From contig NC_068990.1 of assembly GCF_001194135.2 (NCBI RefSeq), forward strand, positions 36,980,084 through 37,044,083: DNA of 64,000 nt, read 5' to 3'. Of this stretch, positions 35,570-48,581 are shown one piece after another. Origin of the DNA: Octopus bimaculoides. Its lineage: Eukaryota. The notes beneath the pieces are model-generated. The model ran no database searches. It worked only from the letters and a program-made list of their open reading frames with translations, and was not told the DNA's origin. The position numbers and the translations under genes were made by a program. Position 1 is the first letter of the stretch. The number at the start of each line of letters is the position of its first letter.

Positions 35570-36680
35570 GTCTGTACTCATTCATACACACAAACTCACT
35601 TGCACACATATACCAGCTCAACAATTTGTCCAGATGAAGGTTTTAGCAGGGTATATTGATGGAAGTGTGAAAAGAGTTTGGACAGGCAGATGGAATTATT
35701 ACAAAAGAAGGAATGGCATGGAAAAAAATAATCGACCATTATCAGCTAAGTGAAAATAGTTGTCAAATAACAACAACAATAGCCAAAATACCAACATCAT
35801 TGTTGTTGATGGTGATGGTGGTGGTGGTGGTGGTGGTGACAGATGGTAATGGTGGCAGTGGCAATGTGGATTGGGCAGAGGAGTGGGATGAGGAGGGAGG
35901 GTTATCAGGAGGAGAAGGACAAGGGGAAGAAGAAGAAGAAGATAAAGGGAAAATATTAGAAGGAAAATATATGAGAGGGATGAAAAGATGTCGAGGAAAA
36001 GAGAAACAAGATGGAATGAGAATATCCTAAAAAGAAGTAAACAAATGAAGGAATCAGAATACTTTATATTTTTGCATGATTTCTGCGTTTATATAACAGT
36101 CTTAGGTATTATTTATAATGTCAGGTAGTCTGGGTATATAATGGAGATAAGGATGAGCGGGTGTAGAAAGTTGGAAAGAGGGAGAGGTGAGAGCATGTGT
36201 AATGAGTTGAGATAGATGGGAATGATAGTGAGGATACTGATAGAGGTGAAGGAAAACAGGTAAGGGAAAGTGAATGTGAAGGAGAGAGTTTGGAAAGAAT
36301 GAGAGAGAGAGAGGGGGGGGAGAAAGGGATAGAAAATAGAGATAAGCATTATTAAGTCACTGGCAGAAAGATAGAATGCTAGTGTTATGTGCTCACACAC
36401 ACACACACACATGCATTTGTGCACATCCTTAGCTGCAAAGCTAAGTAGGTGACTCAAGATTCCAGAGTTTCAGGTATAGTACTCTTTTAACTTATGTCTT
36501 CACCAAACCACTAAACCTGTATTTATGTGTGTGCATGTGTGGCTATAAAGAAGGACCATGATCACTGATTCCCCTGTTGAGTAAAGGATAAAAGACTATG
36601 TGTGTAGATAGATATACATATATATTACATAAAAGAATACTGTACTTTGCTTGAGGCATCGCTATGTGTGAATGATATAT

Positions 36681-36837
36681 AGGCGTGGCTGTGTGGTAAG
36701 TAGCTTGCTTAGCAACCATATGGTTCCAGGTTCACTCCCACTGTATGGCATCTTGAGCAAATGTCTTCTACTATAGCCTTGGGTCAACCAAAGTCTTGTG
36801 AGTGGATTTGGTAGACAAACTGAAAGAAGCTCGTCGT

Positions 36838-36868
<31 letters not shown>

Positions 36869-37147
36869 NNNNNNNNNNNNNNNNNNNNNNNNNNNNNNNN
36901 NNNNNNNNNNTAGATAAATATATATGTATGTATGCATATAAGTTTGTGTGTCTGTGTTTGCCCCCCCCCCCCAATTGATTGACAACCAATGCTGGTGTGT
37001 TTATGTCCCTGTAAATTAGGGGTTCGGTAACAGAGACCAACAGAATAAGTACTAGACTTACAAAGAATAAGTCCTGGAGTCGATTTGCTTGACTAAAGGC
37101 AGTGCTCCAGCATGGCTGCAGTCAAATTACTGAAGCAAGTAAAAGAG
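36681..37147 (+). mobile_element. SINE family A, full length, with a gap in its central (TA)n
   Basis: Head, 3' module and gtaaaagag tail are present; N-run 36869-36910 lies inside the internal microsatellite. Confidence 0.9.
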
Positions 37148-37664
37148 TTCAGGTAACATTCAGACAAATAAAAGAGTTCAGGCAACGTTCATTTGATAGA
37201 GAGAATGAGCTAATATATGGCACATACATTTGAACACTGTAAACATTTGTACAGGTCATTCAGCAAAAGCTGAATGCTCATACATTATTTCAACAGGTGA
37301 GTCCATCTTATCGGCTGTTTAATGTTTCTATTATATTTCGGGAAATCTTACCATTATCAAATATAAGATAGAAAATAATCTAAGAGTTCAAAGAAAAATT
37401 GTTGTTTTTGGCTGGCTTTTCTAGAGTGTTGTAATGGAAAGCATTGATGAATTACTGTATTTATTGTTGTAACTGGCTTTAATTGATAATATTACCAGCA
37501 GTAGCTGATGTGGTGTATCATAAGTAGTTGTAATAGTTGTGGGGTCCTGGTAAGTGGAGGTCTGAGTCTTATGGTTTTAGTAAAGGAACAGTAGAAAAGA
37601 TCACTGGACAATAGCTAAACAATAAGCTTGGCGATCTGTCTCCTGCTACTTTTGAGCTTCATCA

Positions 37665-37707
<43 letters not shown>

Positions 37708-37709
37708 AA

Positions 37710-37940
37710 TATATCCATTAGCATTCACATTATTTTATCAAACATAATACTTTTTTATTCATATCGTGTTGAATTAATCATGAATTATCCTGTAGCTATG
37801 AGAGTTTGAAGAGGTAAATATTAATTTCTAGAATGATTTTGTAGGGCTGCTGTGAGAAGCCAGATCTGGCCAGTTTGAACATATAGACAGGTAGAATATT
37901 TTGGCTGGATATGGCTGGTTAAAATGCTAAGGGGTGAAAG
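37710..37940. mobile_element. Possible degenerate MITE with ccYttagcatt / aatgctaaggg ends
   Basis: ccattagcattc at the left end and aatgctaagggg at the right end are roughly inverted. Confidence 0.4.
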
Positions 37941-38497
37941 AAATTCAAGATTAAAGAACACTTGGTTGGCCTAAATAAACTATACACTCAATAACATGCA
38001 CACACGTGCGCACACACATACACACACACAAACATGTACACACATGCACAAACAAAGACACTCTTCTGTATACATATACATATACACATACTATATACAT
38101 ATGTATATGTATTTATGTATATATACTGTTTATGTGTATTCATATAGATATGTGAATACATAATAGATATATGAATATAAACAAATGTACACACACACAT
38201 ATATGTATACAGGGAAATAGAGAGAGAGGGAGAGAGAGAGATACAAGCATACATACATACATACACACTTAAAATATTGAGCTTCTTGTAGTTTCTGGCA
38301 ACAAAATCTGTTGGTCAGTCCAGGAAAATAATAGAAGAAAGTTGCTGAAGGAGCCATACCTTGGAACTAAACCCGTGGCCACATTGTTGGGAAGAAAGCT
38401 TGTTAACCACAAAGCCGAGCCTCTGACTCACCCCCACACAAACTTGCCACCCTACACATGTGTGCTCGCACACACACATGTATATGTACATATATGC

Positions 38498-38554
<57 letters not shown>

Positions 38555-38699
38555 TATATATATATATATTAAATACATATATATAAATATATGCATATAC
38601 ATACATATATACATACACATACATACATACATACAAATATATGTGCGTGTATGTATGTTTATACATGTATACATACATATATAAACAATAATAAAGACC

Positions 38700-40010
38700 C
38701 ATAACAATAAGTAAAACGGAAGCAACAACAGACATTGCAGTCAATAACAATATATCATAGTGTATTGATGACATAAACAACCATGACAACAACAACAACG
38801 ACAACAACAACAACAAACACATTAGCCATATGAACAATAACAAAGAAAATTGACTTCCAGAAACTTAATACTGGATATAATAATAACAACAACAGTGGAA
38901 AGACGAAGTGAAGATACAATATATCATAGTATATTGAACACTGCAAAACAACAATAACAACAACAACAACAATAACAACAACAACAACAACAACAACAAC
39001 AATTGTAGCGATGAGAAACAGAAGGCAGCATAATGTCAACTACAGCGAACAATGATGACAACAAAAGTAAAAACAAACAACGGCAAAAGGAATAATCAGG
39101 AAATGACAACAATAATAAAACAATAACAAATGCAGTAACGACATAACACATTATCAACAAAACATAAACTATGTAATGGTAAAAAAAAAAAAAAGAAACA
39201 AAATCTAAGAGCATGATACATCATCATTATCATCATCATCGTCATCATCATTAATATCATCAGCTCAAGCCTCCACTGCTACTGTTACCCTCATTGTCGC
39301 CATCACCTCCATCACAGTCATCCCCCCAGCCCACCAACGCCACCATTCTCCACATCATCATCATCATCGACAACAACAACAAAACAATATCTTTCGCCTC
39401 AGCATCACTACAACCACCATCACCACCATCATCATCATCATCATCGTCATCATCATCGTCGTCATCATCATCATTGTCATCATCATCATCATCATCATCA
39501 TCGTCATAATCATCATCATCATCATCTTCATCCTCGCTGCTGCTATCATCGGTATTACTACATTCTTTATCACTGAGCAGAATATAAGCATCAACAATAA
39601 ATAGCTACACAAACAACAACATTAAAAACAGCATTACCATTACCATCAGAAACAACAACAACAACAACAACAGCAACAGCTGTAGCACCACATAAGTTAG
39701 TATATTCTAAGAGTAGCAAAATCACCGAATCAGCATTAGTAACAACAACAACAACATCAATAACAACAGCAACAGTTGCAGCTCAAAAACAACAACAATG
39801 CAATAACAATGCAATAACAAGAACAACCACCAGAATATTTACTACAGGAACATCAGCAACAACAACAACAACAAAAATCAAGTAGAGCAACATCTGTGGC
39901 ACCTCAGAAATTAATAGTATTCCAGCGAGGACAACAACAACAACAATCATATCAGCTCCCGCTATTACGACAACAATAACGACAACATTAACAAAAACAA
40001 TAATAACCAG
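38700..40010. repeat. 1.3-kb mosaic (AAC)n/(ATC)n low-complexity tract
   Basis: Interleaved imperfect AAC, AAT and ATC runs. Similar tracts lie at ~47130-47620, 55270-55440, 55900-56130 and 62115-62360. Confidence 0.9.
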
Positions 40011-40141
40011 GGCAATTTATATGTATTACTGTATATTAGGTTACATGCAAGTATTTACAGTCGACAACACATTGCATGTAATCACAATATATATATATAA
40101 AACAATATGATATAGATATAAAAACATAACTAGGAATATAT

Positions 40142-40195
<54 letters not shown>

Positions 40196-40369
40196 GTGTG
40201 TGTGTGTATATATATATANNNNNNNNNNNNNNNNNNNNNNNNNNNNNNNNNNNNNNNNNNNNNNNNNNNNNNNNNNNNNNNNNNNNNNNNNNNNNNNNNN
40301 NNNNNNNNNNNNNNNNNNNNNNNNNNNNNNNNNNNNATATATATACATATATATATATATATATACATA

Positions 40370-40418
<49 letters not shown>

Positions 40419-40810
40419 GTATACATATATATATATATATATATACATATATATGTATATATATATATATGAATGCATATATACACATATGTATACATGT
40501 ATATACATATATATATCTATATATATGTTTATATATATATATGTATGTATAAATATTTATGAATATATTTACATATACATGCATACACACACATGCATGC
40601 ATATGCGCAGCATACATGCACATGTATACTAACACCGGTCTGTTTGTAATCATAGAAAGAAGCACGCACAAGTATTTGTCGGCTATATGCATAACATCCC
40701 CAGTATGTCTAATTTCAATGACATAGCTATGTTAATATTCTACATGCTTGTGTCCTTATATACACTGAATACATTTATAACATGGCTTTGATTCCCCCCA
40801 CACACACAAT

Positions 40811-40884
<74 letters not shown>

Positions 40885-41492
40885 AATGTGTGTATGTGTA
40901 TATATCTATATAGTAACAGTACATATACATAAATATATATATATATATATATACATAGAGAGAGAATTGTATAACTCTGCAAAATATTTATCATATTTAT
41001 TTCTATGATAGCTATACATTTATGTGTGTGTGTGTGTGTTAAAAAAAGTTAGCAACAATGCAGAACTGTTTGTAAATAAATAAGATTTCTTTTTAATTCA
41101 TCCAATATTTTGGGCCACTAACCTAAATCAAGATGGAACAGGAATTAAGACAAAGATCAAATAATTTTCCGATCTATTTCCATTGGTATTAATTGCAAGT
41201 AATAATAGCAAGATAACTCATATCTGTCAATGGATGACTTCTCCGAACGTGTTTGCAAGCCATGACATATTGGTGAGAAAACATCTCTGCTTTGGCTTAT
41301 TCTCAAGAATTGCTTATTAGCAACAATCAGTTGACACTAAGTAATCAAGGCTATCTTTTGTATAGATAGTTGAAATTCGTTTCTGCACCATTTTGATGTT
41401 ATTGGAATCCAACGAGAGAACTACCAATATTTTGTCTTCATAACACCAAAATATGATTGCATTGTTATTCTGTGTTTTCTTTTTTATATATT

Positions 41493-41731
41493 TATTCTTT
41501 TCATTCTTTTACTCTTTTATTTGTTTCTGTCATTTGACTGTGGCTGTGCTGGAGCTCCACCGTAAAGGGTTTTAATTGAAGAAATCGTCCCTAGGACTTA
41601 ATCTTTGTAAGCCTAGTACTTATTCTATTGGCCTCTTTTACTGAACTGCTAAGTTACAGGTATGTAAACACACCAACATCAACTGTCAAGCGATGGTGCA
41701 GATGCAACCACAAACACAATGACACACACAC
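41493..41731 (-). mobile_element. SINE family A, 3' half
   Basis: (ttcttt)n tail, gtcatttgactg, agcctagtacttattc, ending in (CA)n. Confidence 0.85.
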
Positions 41732-42023
41732 TTAAATATATAGACATATATGTACATACATACAAATATATTATATTATATTATATTATATATGTATATA
41801 TATATATATATATATTAGTTTATGTATATATTAATATTATCTCAGTTATTAAAACTTTTGATAATTTAAATACGTTAATAGTTACCAGAGGTAGCAAAAT
41901 TACACTAGAAAACAAGATATCACAGCCGTTTTACAGGTAGAGATACCAAGTTAAAGTGATACATTTTGAGAAGATATGGATAATAATAAATGGAGCAAAA
42001 CGCATGTCAATAAAAGTTCCTTT

Positions 42024-42114
42024 AATTCTTACACATGTTTCGAAATAAATGAGAGTACTTTCACAAAGAAGAAAGAGCTGTTGGGGTTCCTCATTTATTT
42101 CTCTTCAGGGAGTT
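42024..42114 (-). ncRNA. Hammerhead ribozyme, left-arm copy
   Basis: Same fold as 42581-42671, except that G1.1 is A, which breaks the helix I pair next to the cleavage site. Confidence 0.7.
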
Positions 42115-42580
42115 CATAATAAAACATGTAATAGTAAGACAAAAACGAAATGATGGGGTAACTTACGAGCAGAGATGTTACATGGTCAGTGACCGTTAGA
42201 AGATTTGTTTACATAGAGATATAAAGGGGTCAACGATATTATTCCATGGGCTTTAGGAATAAGAACGCTAGTTTATATAGATATATAAAGGGAGGGTGTT
42301 TTTGACGTGATGCTAAAGGTTAACAGAACCACAACATATTTATCTCCCCATATTTAAATAGCTCTCTGAGTTTAACCTTTAGCATCACGTCATAAACACC
42401 CTCCCTTTATATCTCTATATAAACTAGCGTTCTTATTCCTAAAACCCATAGAATAATATCGTTGACCCCTTTATATCTCTATGTAAACAAACCTTCTAAT
42501 GGTCACTGACCATGTAACATCTCTGCTCGTAAGTTACCCCATCATTTCGTCTTTGTCTTGCTATTACATGTTTTATTAGT

Positions 42581-42671
42581 AACTCCCTGAAGAGAAATAA
42601 ATGAGGAACCCCAACAGCTCTTTCTTCTTTGTGAAAGTACTCTCATTTATTTCGAAACATGTGTAGGAATT
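42581..42671 (+). ncRNA. Type I hammerhead ribozyme, right-arm copy
   Basis: CTGAAGA at 42587-42593; perfect 12-bp helix II (42594-42605 / 42642-42653) closed by G10.1-C11.1; GAAA at 42654-42657; helix III ACA-tg-TGT; GUA cleavage after 42665; helix I aactcc/ggaatt (5 of 6 pairs). Confidence 0.8.
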
Positions 42672-42729
42672 AAAGGAACTTTTATTGACATGCGTTTTGC
42701 TCCATTTATTATTATCCATATATATATAT

Positions 42730-43043
42730 NNNNNNNNNNNNNNNNNNNNNNNNNNNNNNNNNNNNNNNNNNNNNNNNNNNNNNNNNNNNNNNNNNNNNNN
42801 NNNNNNNNNNNNNNNNNNNNNNNNNNNNNNNNNNNNNNNNNNNNNNNNNNNNNNNNNNNNNNNNNNNNNNNNNNNNNNNNNNNNNNNNNNNNNNNNNNNN
42901 NNNNNNNNNNNNNNNNNNNNNNNNNNNNNNNNNNNNNNNNNNNNNNNNNNNNNNNNNNNNNNNNNNNNNNNNNNNNNNNNNNNNNNNNNNNNNNNNNNNN
43001 NNNNNNNNNNNNNNNNNNNNNNNNNNNNNNNNNNNNNNNNNNN
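42730..43043. other. Assembly gap
   Basis: N-run. Confidence 1.
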
Positions 43044-43100
43044 GTGTGTATGTGTGTGTGTGTGAGTGTGTGTGTATGTGTGTGTGTGTGTGTGTGTGTA

Positions 43101-43248
43101 CAATGGGCTTCTTTCACTTTCTGTTTACCAAATCCACTAACAAGGCTTTGGTCAGCATGAGGCTATTGTAGAAGATACTTGTCCAAAGTGGCATACAGTG
43201 GGACTGGAACCATGTGGTTGAGAAACAAGCTTCTTACCACACAGCCCC
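43101..43248 (-). mobile_element. SINE family A, 5' half
   Basis: gggcttctttc...accaaatccact...cagtgggact...ttaccacacagcc. Confidence 0.85.
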
Positions 43249-45214
43249 ACTTTTTTTTTCTTTTTCAAGAAATGTGTATTTGAATTTTGGATAATAAAAC
43301 TGCATGAGTAAAGGATTTATTTAAAACAAAATTTAAGAATTACATTAGTCTTAAGGTGATTAACTCCATTTAAAATGAATTTAAAACATACTTTAACTTT
43401 GTCCTAGGTCCATCATATCTAGGGAGTGGCCTGAAATATTGAAGAATCTAAAAATAAATGGTATTTAAAAAGTAAATTCCAAATTGTTTTACTCAAATTT
43501 GAAATTAAAACATGCTGGTGACTACCTAAAATACTCATAACCATGATGAAGCTGTTCTGTTTGACATATTCCTATCTTAGAGCAGACCTGCTTGACACAT
43601 GCAGGCATGGGAAATGGAAAAGATGATGGTAATGGAGACTGAGATGTAATAACTTTATGTATCTCCTGACCATTATCTTCATTTTTTTTGCTCTCCTTAC
43701 CTCCCTCTCCTTATTACTGTCTCATCTATCACTCACCTCTCTTATCAATGCATTGCCCTAATATCACATCACTCTATCTCCCATTATGGCATTTGCATTA
43801 AAAAAGATGACATCACATTGGATACCTCTTTATTCTATTTCCACCTTTATATTGCCAACTAACATTTTCTCCCTCTTTTACCACTCTCTCTTTTCCCTCC
43901 TTATTGACATCTATCACTTACCACCACCCATTTTCATTGCCATACACTGCTCATGCTTCCCCCGCTCTCTCTCTCTCTCTCTCTTCTATGTCACTCTTAC
44001 TCTCACTATCTCTCCTCTAGCATTCTCTCTACTCACACATTCTTCTCCACCATGCTGGTCTTGCTGCTTCTTTTTAATCTCCTTACCAACAATCATCAAA
44101 TAGCTACCTATCATACATTCTCTCTTCCTTTACTCTGACCTCAATCAGTTTCTTGTTCCTGTCATCCTGGTTTGTTTCCACAAGGCTCTTCTCCCTTGCC
44201 CAAGGATAAGACAGCTTTCTGGGACCGGTGGGTAATGAACAAAGGTAATCCTATCCTCAACAAAACTGAAAAATGGATCCTTAATTTTGCTGATGATATG
44301 CCTAGTTCTTAAAAAAAATCTAAGGTGAGTTACAACACTCCTTTACAAGTAAAACTCTCTTTAAAGCACCCTAGATTTTTGTAGGAACTGTGATTGAATA
44401 GCTGACCCTGTAGTGTTTAACAACTTCTGTATTATCAGCAAAAAATTCACTAAACTTTCTTTGAATAAAGCAATGTTTGATAAGGCTCTTCCCTGCAATA
44501 AAGCTTCATGGAAAAAATTATCTTCATATCTCACTCCATGCTTTATATCTCACACTTCACTTAGTATTAAATACAATATAATAAAAAGCTACTTAACACT
44601 TTTGTTCATACTTTCACTTTTGTCCATAAATACAGAAAACATTTTAACAGACAGAGCATTAAAGATTGTGAATAGGTAAGTCATGATAATAATCCACCAA
44701 TAAGACCAAAGTCACATGTTCATGCCAGAATTATAATACACTTCTATTAGACAATTCCTGCCATTAGAAAAATGATTTATGAAACAGAAGTCACTTCTAT
44801 AGAACCCAACCCAGTTGAACCACTACATAAGTAGGATGAAAGAAATTTTAACGAAAAGTTTTATCATCATGGATCCTGCTTTAAATAGAGAATAATACTA
44901 CATAGGTATCTTTTCCAAATTTCCATGTTCTGGTGTTTAAAATAAGTTTTTCCTTTGGCAGTTGTTGAGGTCATGTAATTTTACATCCAATTTAATAGGG
45001 TCTAAATATTCCATGGAATTTTCATTTAATACTATATTCTTGAAAAATTTTCTTTTAATATTCAAGTATAATCAGTCAATTTTGTACCATTTTTTAAATG
45101 TTTAATGCAGGATGCATGATGATAAAATCTTTCTTTAAAATTACATCGCAAGTAATTTTGGTGAGTTCCTCTTAAATTCATACAATTTGTACATCTTTTC
45201 CTAGTAATTTTAAA

Positions 45215-45413
45215 TCTTTTCTACTCTAGGCACAAGGCCCGAAATTTTGGGGGAGGAGGCTATTCTTTAGATCGACCCCAGTATGCAATTTATCGATCCC
45301 GAAAGGATGAATGGCAAAGTCAACTTCAGTGGAATTTCAACTCAGAACATAAAGACAGATGAAATACTGCTGAGCATTTTGCCTGACGTGCTAACATTTC
45401 TGCCAGCTTGGCA
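45215..45413 (-). mobile_element. SINE family B, near full length
   Basis: Reverse complement of 32453-32676, with a small internal deletion. Confidence 0.85.
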
Positions 45414-45668
45414 CATTATCTAGTAATTTCAAATGTCACAGTTATGAGGTATTAACTGACCACACCTTAAGATGAGTTATTCATTTTGTCAGTCTCCACA
45501 AGTTTAAAAATACATATCTTTTCAAAAATATTTATTTTCTTATTGTATGTAGGAATAAATATAGCTTAAAATGTGAAACTGCAAAACCATTGTTGACCAC
45601 ATTATATATATTTGCATGCATGTATATGTGCATGTATGTATATATACATATATGTAAATGTAAATATA

Positions 45669-46680
45669 CAGGGTGTGGAGAATATATCGTCGTCTAAATT
45701 ATGCAAAAATGAAAATAACACTGACATCTCATTTTAACATATATTTACCAAAATTACATAAAAATATCTTCAAATACAAAAGAGTAAATTTATTCAATGA
45801 AATCGTCACTGGCTTCAACCATGGCCTCCAGACGGCTTCAGAATCTCCCGCAGCTCTTGTGGACGTTCTCCTTGCTTATGTTGGTGAATGCTGCCATAAT
45901 CTTTACCTTCGGTTCATCTTTGGTGTTACAAGGAGTTTTGTTAGCCTCTCACTCAACTGCATCCCACACATAATAATCAAGGAGGTTGCAGCCTGGGCAG
46001 TTAGGTGGCCAGATGTTAGGCGTGATGTGGTCAAAGACATTGTCTGACTGCCCTGACTGGGTTCTCCTGCTTGTGTGGCATGGTGCAGAGTCCTGTTGCT
46101 AGACATACGGTCTTCCAGCAGCTATCCTCTTGACCCAGGGCAGTACTACTTCCTCCAGGCACTTGATGTAGGCATCTGTGTAGAGTCTGAGGCTGTGTGG
46201 GAAGATGAATGGAGGCATAACGTCAGCATCACTAGTGATCCCTCTAAATACCCTCTTGACCCAGGGCAGCACTACCTCCTTCAGGCACTTGATATTGGCT
46301 TCGTGTTGAGTCTGAGGCCATGTAGGAAGAGGAAAGGAGGAATGGCATCACCATCATTAGGGATCACTCCAAACACCTTGATGTTGACTGGATGTTTGAT
46401 TTTTATCACTCTCAGTACATATCCTCAGATTGCACTGTATTCAGATTGACACCCAAACACTCTGAAATGTCCGTATTGGAGTTTCTGGCATGAATGCCAA
46501 GCAGTACAGCATATCATTTCCAAATGTCTGGCAGAGTGAATTGTGTTATGATGCTGCTTTTCTCACAGATGTTGCCCATCTGACCCTACTATACTGTGTA
46601 GTTGACAAAATCTAAAACAAAGAATGCACATGTGCGAAATTAAAAATATAAAATGACGACAATTTACCCAACGCATCACA
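45669..46680 (-). mobile_element. Internally deleted DD37D (maT-type) Tc1/mariner element
   Basis: QQDSAPCH...WPPNCPGCNLLDYYVW with 37 residues between the Asp residues and three in-frame stops; stop codon at 45790. The left end is TA-cagggtg and the TIRs are degenerate. Confidence 0.85.
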
Positions 46681-47620
46681 CGCACACACATATAAGTACA
46701 TATATATATATTTATGTATGCATGTATGTACATAGGTGTGTATTTACATGTATACATGTGTGTATACGTGTGTGTGTGAGAGAGTGTGTATGCACACACA
46801 TATCACTGCTGTGGAGTGTGAGTATGTGTGTGAGTGTTCACATGAGTTTATGTTTGTGTCATTTGTGAGTTAGCTGCCTGTTGAGATTTTAAGATTTGAA
46901 TAGAACATCTAAAGATCTGTCAGTTTCTTAATGAGGTAAGTAATCCTTTGATGTGACTAATTATTTTTATATAGTTACTTCATTGTTTTCTTTATAATAT
47001 TTATTTCCTTTTTATTTTTTTATTTTGTCACAATTCTATTTTTGATAAAGCAGCTTAAAATGTCTTGTGGTTCTGAAAGTTAGCCATTGTGACACTAAAG
47101 CTCTCACTTGGAAACAATACTGGCACTAACAGACCATTTTTAGCATCATTATCATCATCATCATCAGCAGCAGCAGCAGCACCAACATCAGTGACAGGTA
47201 CAATAATAAGAACAACATTAATAGTGGCAATAACGACAACAGGAACAACAATACTATGACAACTAAATTTCAACGTCACCTCCCAGCAACAATGTCAACC
47301 CTTAATAATAATAATAATAATAATAATCATAATAATAGTAACAACAACAATATTGAAGAGTCACATTCTGAGATAAAACCATCATTATCGTACTCAGCAA
47401 CACCACTATCATAAGTAGCACCAGCATTATCATTACGACTACTACCAGCATCATCAACAATTATCATCATCATCATCATCCTCATCATCATTATCATCGT
47501 CGTCATCATTATCTGCAGTAGTAACAAGACAACCGCATCAACTGTAGCACCAACTACACTAAAAGTCTGAGTGACAAACATCAGCAACAACAACAACAAC
47601 AATGACAATAACAACAACAA

Positions 47621-48581
47621 NNNNNNNNNNNNNNNNNNNNNNNNNNNNNNNNNNNNNNNNNNNNNNNNNNNNNNNNNNNNNNNNNNNNNNNNNNNNNNNN
47701 NNNNNNNNNNNNNNNNNNNNNNNNNNNNNNNNNNNNNNNNNNNNNNNNNNNNNNNNNNNNNNNNNNNNNNNNNNNNNNNNNNNNNNNNNNNNNNNNNNNN
47801 NNNNNNNNNNNNNNNNNNNNNNNNNNNNNNNNNNNNNNNNNNNNNNNNNNNNNNNNNNNNNNNNNNNNNNNNNNNNNNNNNNNNNNNNNNNNNNNNNNNN
47901 NNNNNNNNNNNNNNNNNNNNNNNNNNNNNNNNNNNNNNNNNNNNNNNNNNNNNNNNNNNNNNNNNNNNNNNNNNNNNNNNNNNNNNNNNNNNNNNNNNNN
48001 NNNNNNNNNNNNNNNNNNNNNNNNNNNNNNNNNNNNNNNNNNNNNNNNNNNNNNNNNNNNNNNNNNNNNNNNNNNNNNNNNNNNNNNNNNNNNNNNNNNN
48101 NNNNNNNNNNNNNNNNNNNNNNNNNNNNNNNNNNNNNNNNNNNNNNNNNNNNNNNNNNNNNNNNNNNNNNNNNNNNNNNNNNNNNNNNNNNNNNNNNNNN
48201 NNNNNNNNNNNNNNNNNNNNNNNNNNNNNNNNNNNNNNNNNNNNNNNNNNNNNNNNNNNNNNNNNNNNNNNNNNNNNNNNNNNNNNNNNNNNNNNNNNNN
48301 NNNNNNNNNNNNNNNNNNNNNNNNNNNNNNNNNNNNNNNNNNNNNNNNNNNNNNNNNNNNNNNNNNNNNNNNNNNNNNNNNNNNNNNNNNNNNNNNNNNN
48401 NNNNNNNNNNNNNNNNNNNNNNNNNNNNNNNNNNNNNNNNNNNNNNNNNNNNNNNNNNNNNNNNNNNNNNNNNNNNNNNNNNNNNNNNNNNNNNNNNNNN
48501 NNNNNNNNNNNNNNNNNNNNNNNNNNNNNNNNNNNNNNNNNNNNNNNNNNNNNNNNNNNNNNNNNNNNNNNNNNNNNNNNN
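47621..48581. other. Assembly gap
   Basis: N-run. Confidence 1.

Larger units (their letters stand above)
41974..42721. mobile_element. Palindrome with 350-bp arms and 48-bp spacer; PLE pseudo-LTR / retrozyme-like
   Basis: 41974-42323 is the reverse complement of 42372-42721 with about 11 mismatches by eye. Each arm carries a hammerhead motif, and the right arm ends in (TA)n. Confidence 0.9.

Noticed and set aside
37255-37296. Candidate 42-nt exon (acag...CAG/gtgagt)
   Set aside because: It appears to lie in repeat-like sequence next to a SINE, and the peptide is uninformative.
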